Shown piece by piece: positions 49,383 through 62,350 of a stretch of DNA of 64,000 bases. The first letter of the stretch is position 1; each line of letters begins with the position of its first letter. The stretch comes from Epiperipatus broadwayi. Taxonomy: Eukaryota > Animalia > Onychophora. The stretch spans positions 19,654,001 through 19,718,000 of the forward strand of contig JAQFVV010000006.1 in the NCBI GenBank assembly GCA_028023455.1. Reading direction: 5' to 3'. The position numbers and the translations under genes were made by a program. Under the pieces are notes generated by a model. That model searched no databases and was not told the DNA's origin. It saw only the letters and a program-made list of their open reading frames with translations.

Positions 49383-51848
49383 GATTCTTAGCAATCATAT
49401 GTAAAGCATTGATCCGATCATCTGTTTAATTTTCCAAGCAGCTCAAAATGATATTTATTATTGTGCTAATAGAGTCAATATTCCTGCTGTTTATTGTCCT
49501 TGAATTTAATGCAATGATAGAGTGGAGGGCTCAAAAGCTAAACAACCATAGATCACAGCTTAGTTTTGTTATTTCTGGTGCTCAAACACCATTAAGATCT
49601 TTTGTTAACTGACAAAGTATTCAATTATTTTAATACTGAGAACATTTTTCTTCTTCCATCACCAACTTTTCATCTCATGACAAGAAGAAAACAGAACAAT
49701 TTCAGTCTGGATACTGCTGTTTCAAGTGAGATTTCAGATCGAATTGTTAACTGCTAATATAATATTCATTTTTTTGACACTACTTAAAGTATTACATTCT
49801 TTTCTTTAATGCACAACTTTGCTTTACAAACAATCCCTACAATAAATGTCAGGAGAAAAAGGTATATTTAAATACATACATAAATTATAACTTAGCTTTC
49901 AAATCCAGATCAATTAAAACTGAAAATTCTTTTAGATTATTAGAAGGCTTAGCATTGTTTTATTTTCCAGAAGATGATCAACAATCAATCCAATCAGCCA
50001 TTCAATATTTGGTGGGGAAAGAATATTAATTATTCTCAACTAGAGGTAAAATAAGATTTAAAAATGTGCTCATCACACTGTTGTCAACATTTATCCAAAG
50101 GGATTGAAGGAATGGCCTTTACTTTGCCTTACAGTGAACTATTTTGGTCTGTGCATGGTAGCAATAATGCAATAACAATGCCTCTAAAGAGCACCAAAAA
50201 AGTGATAATGATTTCAAATATTTAAAATATTAGATATCAGTATTGTATATGCTCTACACTCATTTGTTTTGTCTCCTGCTTTTATATATTCTGCAGAGAC
50301 TTTAAAGCCAAATAGAAAATAGAAATCGGTAAGTATAGAATATACATTTACATTTTTACAATGAGATGTGGAAACAATAATTGAAAAATTGAATATTTAC
50401 CTGTATATTAAAAAAAAAAAAAAAGAACATTTACCTGTATTTTATAATTAAAAAATAGAATGACATTTTCCAATATTTTCTTTGGATTGTATTGTTTATT
50501 TTTTATAAAGTAAGCTAAAAATAAGTATGTAAATAGTGAAACATATATTTGTACTTTTATAATATTTACTTTGGATCAATGTAAAAATACAATGAATACA
50601 ATTCAAAGGGAATAAGTTGTTTTTCCAAAGAACTGATTGTCCATGGATGGGGCGATGGGGGAAGAAGGACTTTGTGATCTGAAAGGGAAACAAAATAAAA
50701 AAAAGCAATAATATATATAAAAAAAATAAGGTCATGTGATCTATGACTCTTATTTTGACCATTTAATAAAAGCTTTTATTTATTATGGACTAAAAAGTCA
50801 AAAAAAATAATTGTTTTTTTTCAATCACAATTAGAGTTTTTGTATTTAAATAAAAGCATGGAGAAATTAATTAATTTAATCCTTTGGTAGAAACAGTAGT
50901 ACTTGAATTAATTAATTTTTGGATACCCACATTTTTATTTGTAGTTAAATCTAAGAACCCTAAATGGGATGAAGAAACAATTATTTTTTGGTTTTTCAGT
51001 AAATGAAAGCATTTATTATATATATTATTTTTAATTTTCTATTAGTTGGATATTTTCTGCAATTATTCCAATTCAAAATTTAAAAAGAAGATTAAAACCA
51101 CATTGCTGCCTGCTTAATACTTGAAAGGAAAATTGTGTGCATTAAAGGTTGTTTACAATATTATTTGGTTTATGAAGAAAGCATTTTTAAAAAATCAATT
51201 TTTACAATCAAAAGAAAATAAAATTTCATTAATTTTTTAAAAAAGGAAACTTTTATAATTAAGAGAAATCAAAATTTGCTTTTATTTCTAATCTTAAATG
51301 TTCCTTAAAACGATTTTTAGTCTAAGCTTTATTTAACATATATATACCATTCTGTCATACGCATCACTAAAAACTTATTGAACTGATATTAATGTGTTTG
51401 AAATTGATCTGCCACATCTCTATAGTAAACAAATAAGGATTTTAAAAGTATTTCATTGCTATATTGCATTGTTATCAATTTCTAAGTCGTACAAAATTTA
51501 AAATTTGATAGAAGTATATAAATTGTTGATTTTTAAATTTTATCTAAACAAACAACAGAGTTTCTAGCTTAATAAAAAGCACTTTAAAAAAAAAAGACTT
51601 GTTCTCAAATTGGAAAAAGAAAAAAAGGTCTTGTGATGTCAAACCACTGAAAAATAGAACACATCCCCCTATTTACTAAAAAGGGTCAATGTAAAAATAA
51701 TACCTGATTTTTTATAAATTAATATAAAAATATATACATAAATAATGGAACATATTTTGTTATTGTAACAAAATATTGTCTCATCTGGATCACATAGGCT
51801 GGAAAATGTACAGCAAAACAGTAGCAAATTGGACCATTTTCTAGCCTT

Positions 51849-53226
51849 GATAGTTTTATATTAGTGTGTTGAAACTGCCTGCAGGCATTATTACTATGCC
51901 AGCACATAAAAATATGCTGTTTAGGCGGCCTCCACTATTGAACGTTCTATTTCTAATGTGTAAACCTAGAAATAGTCCATTGTACGTGCTGGCTGCGTCT
52001 ATTTCTATGCTAACGCACAGAAAATAATGTTTAATCTGTCGCCGAAGCCATCATGGTCAGCTTACAGCTCAGATTTGTGTTACGCATTTTTGATGTGCAA
52101 TCACATTTCACTTTTGGGTACAGTATTGTGTGAGGGTGGCTGGAATTTCGACTGTCAAAACTATTTTAATATTTATTAAGACCTTCTTTCCTTCTATCTC
52201 CCATGTTTTATGAATGTCTACTAACAATTATGAGCATAGTCTCATGCTACCTTAGCCCAGCTTTCCAGTTCAAAAAATTCGGCAAATGTAAGTCCAAGCG
52301 CAATTTCTATCAAATCGTGCTCTAAGTCACGTTTGTGTGAGAACAACTGTGATCTTTGTAAAATGGCTGAATTAAAGTTTCCAAATGTCAAAGTTTGGGA
52401 TTTGCCTTGCTCCGAAACTGATGCCATCACATTTTTACAGCATTTTGGAATAGTGGCATGTGTGAAGTAGTGTTCATGTGGAGAAGAAATGAAATTATAT
52501 CATTGCAGAAACTACTAGTTCAAATGCAAGTGCGGTTCATGTGGGCGTCAATGTTCGATTCGCCAAGGGACATGGCTGGAGGGATCATGCTTTGATTTCA
52601 TGAAGATAGTACATCTATACTATATTGGAGCCGTGAGGAGCTGACAGTGTCAAGGACCATTGTTGACTTGAACCTGTCTCCAGGCTCCCTTGTGCACTGG
52701 GACCAATGGACTCCAAGAGCTTTGTCACAAGAGTTTAATGTCTCGGCCGCGCCATCAAATTGGCAGTCCTGGCTCGATTGTTGAAGCTGACAAGACCTTG
52801 TTTAGCAGCCGAAAGACTAATGTAAATATTTGTTTGTAATCTGAAAAGTTATTCAACCTTCGAGTTGCATCCCGTTAATTTGCATGTTAAGAATTCAAAT
52901 CACCCAAAAGGTTGGTTTTTTGTTTTGTTGTAAATGTATTGATTTCATCGAATAACCGTTAAATGTAAATATTTATTTATCATTTTTTTAAAAAAAAGTT
53001 GACTACGTAGAATATCAAACCAAAAATAAGTAATGAAAAGAATAAAAAGTAAGTACTTTTTAAATTCATTTTGATTTATGTATTTTTTTTATAGATTTAT
53101 TTGATATTATTTTTAATGTAATAACAAATAAAAAAGCAAGGCCGGGCCCTGGCAACATTATATTTATGTTTGTTTACAAACAAACCACGCCCTCAGGCGG
53201 TTTCAACACGCTAATATAAAACTACC
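51849..53226 (+). mobile_element. Non-autonomous Merlin DNA transposon (1378 bp) with 33-bp TIRs and perfect 8-bp TSD
   Basis: TIRs gatagttttatattagtgtgttgaaactgcctg / rc ggtagttttatattagcgtgttgaaaccgcctg; TSD ctagcctt at 51841-51848 and 53227-53234; transposase remnant inside. Confidence 0.9.
52363..52825 (+). pseudogene. Merlin transposase N-terminal half, truncated just after the first catalytic Asp
   Basis: MAELKFPNVKVWDLP..AITFLQHFGIV..CSCG..CKCGSCGRQCSIRQGTWLEGS..QIGSPGSIVEADKTLFSSRKTNV (cf. IGG.G.IVEIDES.F.RRKYN); stops and frameshifts. Confidence 0.88.
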
Positions 53227-54569
53227 CTAGCCTTTCTTCAGGACATTCACTCTATTAATCACTGATAATCAAAAAGTATTTGCTTTACCTTTTTTTTTTA
53301 TTACTAACCTTTGTGCTACATTAAGATCATTTTTATTGTTGTTTACTTAAATCCCAAATTTTTAGCACAACTTTTTTACAATTTGTGCAATTTTGAAAGA
53401 TAAATTTTAAAAAATGCACTTATACAATTACTACATGCTTTTGTATCGTTTTTATAAAACTCAATATTTACAGTTGAAAATTTTTGCCCGTTTGAAAAAA
53501 AAATAAAAAATATGTAATTTAAAATTGTTTTTATAAAAAAAAATATCACATTTTATGAAATTTTTCAAATACTACTTTCAGTACGGATTCAATAGCTCCT
53601 CTGTTGTGTAAAAGCAGAAATTAAAATAAAAGTGACCATAGAGCACATACTATATCTATATGAAATATTATAAGAAAGTATCTTGAAAAAAAAACTTGGA
53701 ATCGTTCTCTAATGGGTGGACCCATGCCAATTCATGTTTCCACTGCTAATTACCTCTTGCAGGAACCCTCTACTGCAGTTTGTTGATTGGCATCATAGTA
53801 AAGTCATGGAGTCATGTGCTTATTTGTCTATTTTTTATAATGGGCTGAAAAGTTATAATAATGTGAAATTCTGTTTTCTATTAGCAAAAACAGCAGGGAA
53901 AACAATTATAATGCTTAAATATGTAAAACTTTAATAAGTGTTAGTATTAAATATGCACACATTATATAATTCAAATAATATATTGAACAATGATATTGAA
54001 TAATTCTATAAATAATAACAATTTTATTAAATCTTCAACCGTTTTGAAAGGCTTACCCTTCATTATCAAGAAGTATAAACTCTCGTTTTTTTCAATGATA
54101 TACTAATATGCAAATATCCGACCAAACTGGGTAAATATGCAAATTAGAAATAGAGCACCTACACTTGCCATTTCTTTGACAAGGCGTAAAATGACTCCCT
54201 CTTGTTCATTGCGTGTTCATCCGATATTATGTAACACGCCTCCTTAACCTTCCTTCGCAAATCATTCCACTCCCTACACAATACTCTTGGCCTATCAGGT
54301 CTGCACTGATGACCTACCACCATTGCATGCTGAACGAAAATTGAAGGGTGGGATGAGTCCGCTAAGGCCTTATTGTATGCATACACATGCTGGGACAATC
54401 TCGTTTGAACCGATGCCCTTGTCTCCCCATAATATGCATCAGGGCAATTGTTTTCACTACATGCAATCTTGTAGACCGCCTACTGTGCTTGTATTGGAAG
54501 AATATAATCTTTGTTGTTGTTTATACACCTATTCAGATTAGGGGATGAACGAAAACACACACAAAGCTT

Positions 54570-56719
54570 AATAAATCAATTCACAACATTAACTGTGATT
54601 AGGAGACAAGTTCATGTGCTCATTCTTAATGGAGTTATAGCAGAATGTAGAAGAGAATTGGCTAGAGCAAGCAACAGACTTAATATTATTTACCGTAACA
54701 GAGTACCATTGGCTGACATAATTGAAAAATGCAATAGACTGAGAGTACAGTTGGAATTGAAATTTAACAAGAAGTTCCTATTTTTATCAGTCAAGCAAGG
54801 CATATAATTGCAGCCGCAGCAGCAAGATGAATTCGCAAATTTATCAACGTCTCAGATCCCTGATAGAGTGAAAACAGTTCTTAATAAAGGCTCTAGATTT
54901 GTTGGGGAAGGATGGAAGTGTCCTAAGATGGAGATGGTAGCTGATACTGAAGCTGGTTTGGAAAAGAACCCGCTTAAGGATGCGTACATAGCAAAAATTG
55001 CAAGAGGTTTGTGACATAAGGCTATATATCCAAGGAGAGATCAGTGGAGAGATAGGATAGCAACAACACAAAGGTTTATGAGTCAACAGAATATTACGGT
55101 TATGAAAGAGGACAAAGGTAATAGATTTGTAATTGTGGATACTGCAGATTATAGGTATAAAATTCAGCAACAAAATGACAAGATAAAATTTAGAAAAGTG
55201 CCTGAGATTAACTTTAAGTTAAATAAAGATAAATTCGTATCGTTTGTGCTTAGGCCTTATATATCCAAAGCATTTTCTAAGGCTGAATACCTGCAAATGT
55301 ATCCTTTGGCCACTACTCCCCCAAGAATTTTTGCAAACGCCAAAACCCATAAAGAAGGTGTGCCTTTGAGGTTGATGATTGACTTCGGCGGAGTACATTA
55401 CTATAAAGCAGCCAAGATCATAAATAAGTGGATCACTCAAACTACTGGATATGGAGAGTATGCTGTTAAATCATCGTTTGATTTCGTTGAGAAATTGAAG
55501 AATGCTAATCTGGATCAAAACACAAGGATGACTGCACTGGATGTAGCAGAGCTAAATGGATCGATTGATAGACCTAAGTCGATCATAGTGGTGAGAGAAG
55601 CACTCATTAATTATGGAATGAATCTTGAGCAGGTCAAGTTTATTGTTGCATTGCTAGAATGGATGAACCGAAATATTTATGCAGTTTTCAATCATGAGTG
55701 GTATCATATGCTCAACAGTTGTCCAATGGGTCTTCCGATGAGTGGAATCATCGCCAGCATTATGATGAATGCATATGAACGTATTATTGTTCCTAGATAA
55801 AGGAATAGTGGGTTAGTACTGTATGCTAGGTATGTAGATGATATTTTTGTGGCTGCTCTAGAGGAAACCATAGAAGACATTAAAACTGACCTTGTAACAG
55901 CTTCAGGCCTAAACATAAATGTAAGTCAGGAAGAAGCATCGAACAGTATTAAATATTTGGACCTGCAAGTGATGATTGAAACTAATCGCTTTTACTATAA
56001 AATGAACATTAAGCCTATTAACATCAGAGGTCACATACATCACTTATCAAATACACCAGATATACATAAATTTGCTGGCCTCAAATCATTCTTACATAGA
56101 AATAACTGTTTGTGCAGCTTTGAAGCTGACAAAAGAAGCAATATAGAAACTTATAGAAATGAGCTCATCAAGGAAAAATATAATCAAAGAGCCATTGATA
56201 ATGTTATTAAGAAATTTAAAAAAGGGCCTTATCATGTGTTGAAACAAGATAAACTGTACATTTTTCTACCATATATCAAAAATATTTATAGAAACTTACA
56301 GACAATTTTTTGCTCGGAGTTTAGTGTGTGTTTTTGTTCGCCCCTTAATCTGAATAGTGTATAAACAACACCAAAGATTACATTCTTCCAGTACAAGCAC
56401 AGCAGGTGGTCTACAAGATTGCATGTAGCGAAAACAATTGCCCTGCTGCATATTATGGGGAGACGAGGGCATCGGTTCAAACAAGATGGTCCCAGCACGT
56501 GTATGCGTACAATAAGGTCTTAGCGGACTCATCCCACCCTTCAATTTTTGTTCAGCATGCAATGGTGGTGGGTCATCAGTGCAGATCTGATAGGCCAAGA
56601 GTATTGTGTAGGGAGTGGAATGATTTGCGAAGTAAGGTAAGGAGGCATGTTACATCATATCAGATGAACATGTAATGAACAAGAGTTATTTTACGCCTTG
56701 TCATAGAAATGGCAAGTGT
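54570..56719 (+). pseudogene. Penelope-like polyprotein (RT + GIY-YIG endonuclease), few stops and frameshifts
   Basis: ORFs at 54511, 54808, 55078 and 55849 share one frame: NLST..LNKGSRF; KEDKGNRFVIVD; KTHKEGVPLR; ALDV; PMGLPMS; YARYVDD. Then VYKIAC..YYGET..RWSQH in a shifted frame. Confidence 0.93.
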
Positions 56720-56811
56720 AGGCAGTCTGTTTCTAATTTGCATGTTTACCCAGTTTGGTCGGATATTTGCATATTAGTATATCATTGATAAAACCGATGA
56801 GAGAGTTTGTA

Positions 56812-56852
56812 CTTCTTGATAATGAAGGATAAGCCTTCGAAAACATTTGAAG
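56812..56852 (+). ncRNA. Degenerate hammerhead in the Penelope pseudo-LTR (mirror copy at 54033-54073, minus strand)
   Basis: cttc-ttgataa-t-gaagg(ataag)ccttc-GAAA-acattt-gaag; the core differs from CTGATGA at two positions in both arms. Confidence 0.45.
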
Positions 56853-59382
56853 ATTTAATAAAATTGTTGTTATTTATAGAATTGTTCAATATCATTGTTC
56901 AATATATCATATTCGAATTATATAATGTGTGCATATTTAATACTATTACATATTAAAGTTTTACATATTGGATCTAAAACACACATTTAATTTTTTGTAT
57001 ATATTATAATGCTTAAAACAAGTCACAAGCAAGTAGCTCTGGGAAAACACAAGTTTAGGAATGATTTAATGGAAGGCAATTTCACCAATCCCAAAAAGAA
57101 CGGGAGTAAAGTCCAATATCAAGATGCTGCTGATTTTTTTTAGGCAAACAATATTGTTCGCTCAGAATTCATTCATAATGGTTATGCATTTTAACTATAA
57201 CTTCTGAAACATTTGTGGGATGTGGTAAAATGAAAATATCCCAATTCGTGGCAAAGTGGGAATGCTAGTTTAACCACAGGAACATGCCAGCGTACAAAGT
57301 CTTGAGGGTCAAATTTTTTTTAATTAAAAACAGTATGACTAACTTTTCTATCTGCTGTGTTCGCCCAACCTCTATCTGTGTCCCCAAATGTAAAAATGCT
57401 TCAAAGTTAAACATTTTACAAACTTGGAAGAGGTGAAGAAACAAAACAACAGGCATTAAAAGGCATTACTTTGCAAGAGTTTTAGGACTGCTTCAAAAAT
57501 GACAATCACATTTAGACAGGTGCATTGCATCAAATGGACAGTAATTTTAAGAGGATACAATTCATAACACCTAAATATAAATAAATAATTTTTTATTACA
57601 AAATTTTGGGGTATACCTCCATGAATATATATATATATGACCAAAAGACTTTTTTTTGTTTGTTATTATTGAAATGTATAGATTATCACTTGTTGATCAT
57701 AGGCATCTTATTTTTTTTTACATAATCCTAATGCTAACATATCAACTATCTATTCATCTAACCATTTCCAAAATATATAATTGTATACAGACCTGTATCT
57801 GAGCTAATGTCATCAATATCAGAAAAAAATCCAATATCGCTGGATTAGTTTACTCTTTATTTATAAGATAATGGCAAAACAGCCTTTATTATAAATACTT
57901 CACTGCAGGGCAAAAATCCCGTTTAACAAATTCTCACAGAGAAAGTGAAGGAGAAAACATACTCACTAGGCTTGCCAATTGTAGGGTGGTGACTTTCCAT
58001 CCTTGTTTATACTCTAGTTAAGAATAGCATATCCATTAACCAATCAATGCTGGATGACTAATTACCTGAAAAAAAATCTTTTTATAAGGATTTCAATTGG
58101 CCCAGATTCACATAAATAAACATACCCTGAATATAAACAAAAGCAGTGCCTATATTATGTTTTATCACTAATCTTTCTTAAGTTTCAACATTTAGATTTA
58201 AAAAATTATTGGGGAGAAAAAAAAAGGTAATTCTGTTTCAAAATATTTTTAATAATTTAAAACCTAACCGCCTGATACTTCCCAATGGCTCTGGACTTTA
58301 ATCATAATTGAGCTGTTTCTTAGGGAGTGCAATGTTCAAAGAAAAAGCAAAAAACATATTACATTTTGTATAAGTTATAATTAATACTTAGACTAATTTA
58401 TTTATTTCTCAATTCTTTTTAATTTTTGTTTTTTAATGTTTAAAAAAAAAAAAGGCAAAAAAAAAAATGTTTTTTAATAATTAATTCCCTCCAAAAAGGC
58501 AAAACAACTTCAAAATGACTTTTAAATAATTCAATAAATTATTTCTGCTAGTAAAATTTCCCAAGAGTTTCATATCAGATGGGGAAGACTCAAGTTCTTG
58601 ATAAAGATTTAAACCTATTTCTTGATTTCTCTATGGTAATAAAGCATGAAGAGAAAATCAGACAGGAGGCCAGGACTCCAGAGACTGTTCAATATTATCT
58701 ATTACTCCATTGAAATCTTTTGCAAGTTGCAGATTGTTAATTTCAAATTAGAAGCTCAATATCTTGGGAAACATTAAAACAATGCAATAACATTATAATG
58801 ATAAATTCAATATTTTTCTTAAATATATATCACACATACTCATATATATATATATACATGTGTGTATATATAGAGAGAAAATATACAAAATGCCAAGTTA
58901 AATTTTCTTTAAGCCATTAAAAAGCTCTGGCAATTGAGTGCAGAAGCTAAAAATATCTGACTTAAAGGTCAATTGTCACTTCTGGTGTTTAAATATTACA
59001 AAATTGCCCCCTGCCCGACTGACAAATTAAGCCGATTTTTTAAAAAAAAAAAAAAGTAAAGTTTTTATCTACAACTAGATTTGCCTGAGTAACTTTGATC
59101 CAAAAGGATTATTATTAGATGTTATGAAATCAACAATGATTTTTAAGAGATCAAATAAATAGTAATTTTCCAGAATGATCAGTTGTTTTTTCAATTGCTT
59201 AAAATTACATTCATTATTGTGATGACAGACTTCATTCATCTTATTGATGGTCACCCATTGTTTTATCACTAAGCATTATATATATATGAATTATTATCTC
59301 ATGATGTCACTGCAATGAAAAGGAGGCAATTTTATTCATTTTTTTAAAAAAAAAAATGAAATTCATAAACTTACTTGTTTCA

Positions 59383-61020
59383 AGTGAGTTTTAAAATTGA
59401 CATAAAGCCTTGCTTATTTGTTCCATTTTATAACCAACATCAAGCAATTCCTTGGCAAATATCTCAATATTTTCCAGTTTATCACTTTGGTAAGACATAA
59501 TTTTTCATTAGATCTAAAACTTGCCATCTTATGCATAATTGGTACTTTTGATTTACAATTTATATATCCTCTTTTTTGCAGTGGCTTAATTATTATATTA
59601 ATTTATAATTTAATATACTGTTATCTCTTATAATAATTAAATCTAAATATTTAATATTTTTGTCCTGTTTCTTTTCAATAGTCCATTTTAAGCCATTCAA
59701 CTTATTTAATTTTTCTACAAGCAAATTTATAGTATTAGTATTTCCACAAACAAAAACAGCATTCACATATCTTTTGTAAATTTTAATATCTCCAAAAGTA
59801 CACCTATTTAAAAATACTAAATACTACTACATATGAGAATAGTATTTTAAATAGGTGTACTTTTGGAGATATTAAAATTTACATAAGATATATGGATGAT
59901 GTTTTTGTTTATGGAAATACTAATACTATAAATTTGCTTGTAGAAGAATTAAATAAGTTGAATGGCTTGAAATGGACTATTGAAAAGGAACAGGACAAAA
60001 ATATTTAGATTTAATTATTACAAGAGATAACAGTATATTAAGTTATAAATTAATAATTAAACCACTGCAAAAAAGGGGATATATAAATTGTAAATCAAAA
60101 GTACCAATTATGCATAAGATGGCAAGTTTTAGATCTTTTTGTTTTGTAATGAAAAAGTATGTCGTTACCAAAGTGATAAACTGAAAAATATTGGGATATT
60201 TGCCGAGGAATTGCTTGATGTTGGTTATAAAATGGAACAAATAAGCAAGGCGTTATGTCAATTTAAAAAAAGTTATAATGGTTTAAAGTGAATCAAGATT
60301 AATAGTAAACAATGGAAATCTATTCCATTTATTTCAAATTCACAAATGAAATTTTTTAAGGATATATATAAGAATGTGTTTAATGTTTCATTCTACGTTC
60401 CAAACAATATTAATAAATTAGTCAATAATTCTAAGGATGTCATACCTGTCAAGCAGAAAAGTAATGTCATATATCAAATTTTTTGTGATTGTATGCTATC
60501 ATATAGAATCTAGGTGCAATATTGAGAAGAGATTGAGGGAACATGAATTTTTATATAAGTGTGTAAGAAGTAAAAATAATGGTGATTAAATGTCTCCTTC
60601 AGTTTTCTTTGATCATGAAAAAACATGTAAATATAAATTTAAATTTGATTTTGAAAATGTGAAAATTCTTCATGAAGAGAGAAACCAAAATAATAAAAAA
60701 ATTAAGGAGGCAATTTTTATAAATAGAAATAAAATGCATTTAATAGAAAAGCTGCTAACATTAAAATACAAGATTTGTGGGATTTAATTGATGACGTTTG
60801 CTTCCGCTTTGGTTTTTTTTTTTTAATTTAATGGCAGTTGAGGCAGATTTAAGAAATTAACCGAAAGTACTTCTGCGGATTTAATGAATGTTTATAATAG
60901 TTTGTTACTGTTAAATTTATTATTTTTATTATAATATATATATATAACACATTTATGCATTGATCATTGTGAAGAATAATTGTTCTTCTCATACTGTATT
61001 AAAATTGTATAAATATATTG
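59383..61020 (+). mobile_element. Second, 5'-truncated Penelope-like element with fold-back inverted duplication and candidate 11-bp TSD
   Basis: Plus strand from 59840 reads YIRYMDDVFV..KWTIEKE..SNVIYQIFCDC..REH..FDFENVKILHEE..KEAIFI. Arms 59389-59819/59840-60270; tacttgtttca at 59372-59382 and 61021-61031. Confidence 0.85.
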
Positions 61021-61569
61021 TACTTGTTTCAGGCATTACTACTTAAATCTTGTATTTAATGCTGACTGTTGTATCTTTGCACTGCACAGTGAAGATATTT
61101 GGGTTGATGAATTTGTAATTAACTTACGCATCATTTTGATTTTTGAATGAAGGAATATGTATCATTGTCTAACTACATACAGCTGCCTCGATTGTGATGA
61201 GCCAATTCTTGCCTATACTGGTCATACAAATGTGAAAAATTTATTTCTTTTATATATAGTTATTTAATTTAGCATAATGTAGCATTAGAATTACTATTAC
61301 TTTCTCATAATTCAACCAATCACTTCAAAAGGTCTCCAATGCTCACAATCAATTCTTGGCCAACTCCTGATTCGTATAATCTGACATAAAAAGGAACAGT
61401 ATCTAGGCAAAAAGCTCAAAAATGAAACATGTCTAAGAAAAATTTCCAAAAATATTTTAAAAAGTATTCAGCTACTTGTGTTTAAAATGTAAACTTACAT
61501 GAATTTTTTTTTTTAGAAAATCAGTATATAATTAATAATAAAAATAGAAAGCTAGAGAAATAAAGTAAA

Positions 61570-62350
61570 TAAACATTATTTGAATCATCTAGACTTTGCA
61601 GATGAAGTGGTATTTGTCTAAATAATGATTCAGAACTTCAAAAACTATTGCAAAAATTATCTGATGAAAGCAAAAAAAGTACGATTAAAGATATTAATCA
61701 TTTGGATGAGATAGACATAACATTGCAAAATGGCAATCTAACACTGTGGTATATTAGATTGATCAACTAAAGAATTTTGGTGCAATTTTGAGTTGAATGG
61801 CTTCATTATTAATACTAGCCATTCTAAATTTTCCTTTATATTTTTCTCAAGCACTTAAAAAACTTAAGTATTTTTATATATTTCTATAACAATTATTTTA
61901 ATTTTAAATTTATTTTCATTAATACATAATTATAAAAATAAAATATGTCTAGCATTAAAAAGTAAGTTTTTTTTTTTTTTTTTTCATGAATATACATACA
62001 CTAATGCATTAAAAAATATAATTTTTTTTTTATATACTTTCTATTTTTGCAAAGTGATGTTTAATAATAAATACACACAAAAAAAGTAATTTTATTTTGT
62101 CATAAACTCTATTCAATCTGAAGACTATATATTTATTAAAAATGTTCGATTTGAACCTTGATTTTTTTATGTTTAATTCCATCTCAAAGGTAAATTAATA
62201 GGATTTATGAGTACTTATACATGAATCTGAAACTAGAATATTTAATTTTTAAAAAAAAGTATAATAAAAACTTCCAAATCATGCATTATAGTATGAGAAA
62301 GGATATGTTAAGAATAACAAAAGATCAAAAGCAAAATACATGGACGAGAG
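61570..62350 (+). mobile_element. Scattered RTE LINE fragments
   Basis: YLNHLDFADEVVF..ELQKLLQKLSDESKKV (61570-61690, like 39690-39790) and an MLRITKDQKQNTWTRE-like C-terminal piece (~62310-62355). Confidence 0.6.

Larger units (their letters stand above)
53920..57002 (+). mobile_element. Penelope-like retroelement (RT + GIY-YIG) with inverted 5' pseudo-LTR and 15-bp TSD
   Basis: Inverted repeats ~53920-54566 and ~56319-56969; TSD attataatgcttaaa at 53905-53919 and 57003-57017; RT and EN motifs inside. Confidence 0.93.

Noticed and set aside
49971-50327. Two plus-strand exon candidates (49971-50045, 50296-50327)
   Set aside because: The second has stops in all frames, the first gives no recognisable peptide, and such sites arise by chance in AT-rich DNA.
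54159-56598. Extra ORFs 54287-54541, 54844-55173, 55219-55440, 55704-55916, 56286-56598
   Set aside because: Antisense or alternative frames of the Penelope ORF and its inverted arm.
61190-61225. Hammerhead-like gtgatgagccaattcttgcc
   Set aside because: No GAAA and an imperfect stem II; it also lies outside the candidate TSD of the 59-61 kb element.
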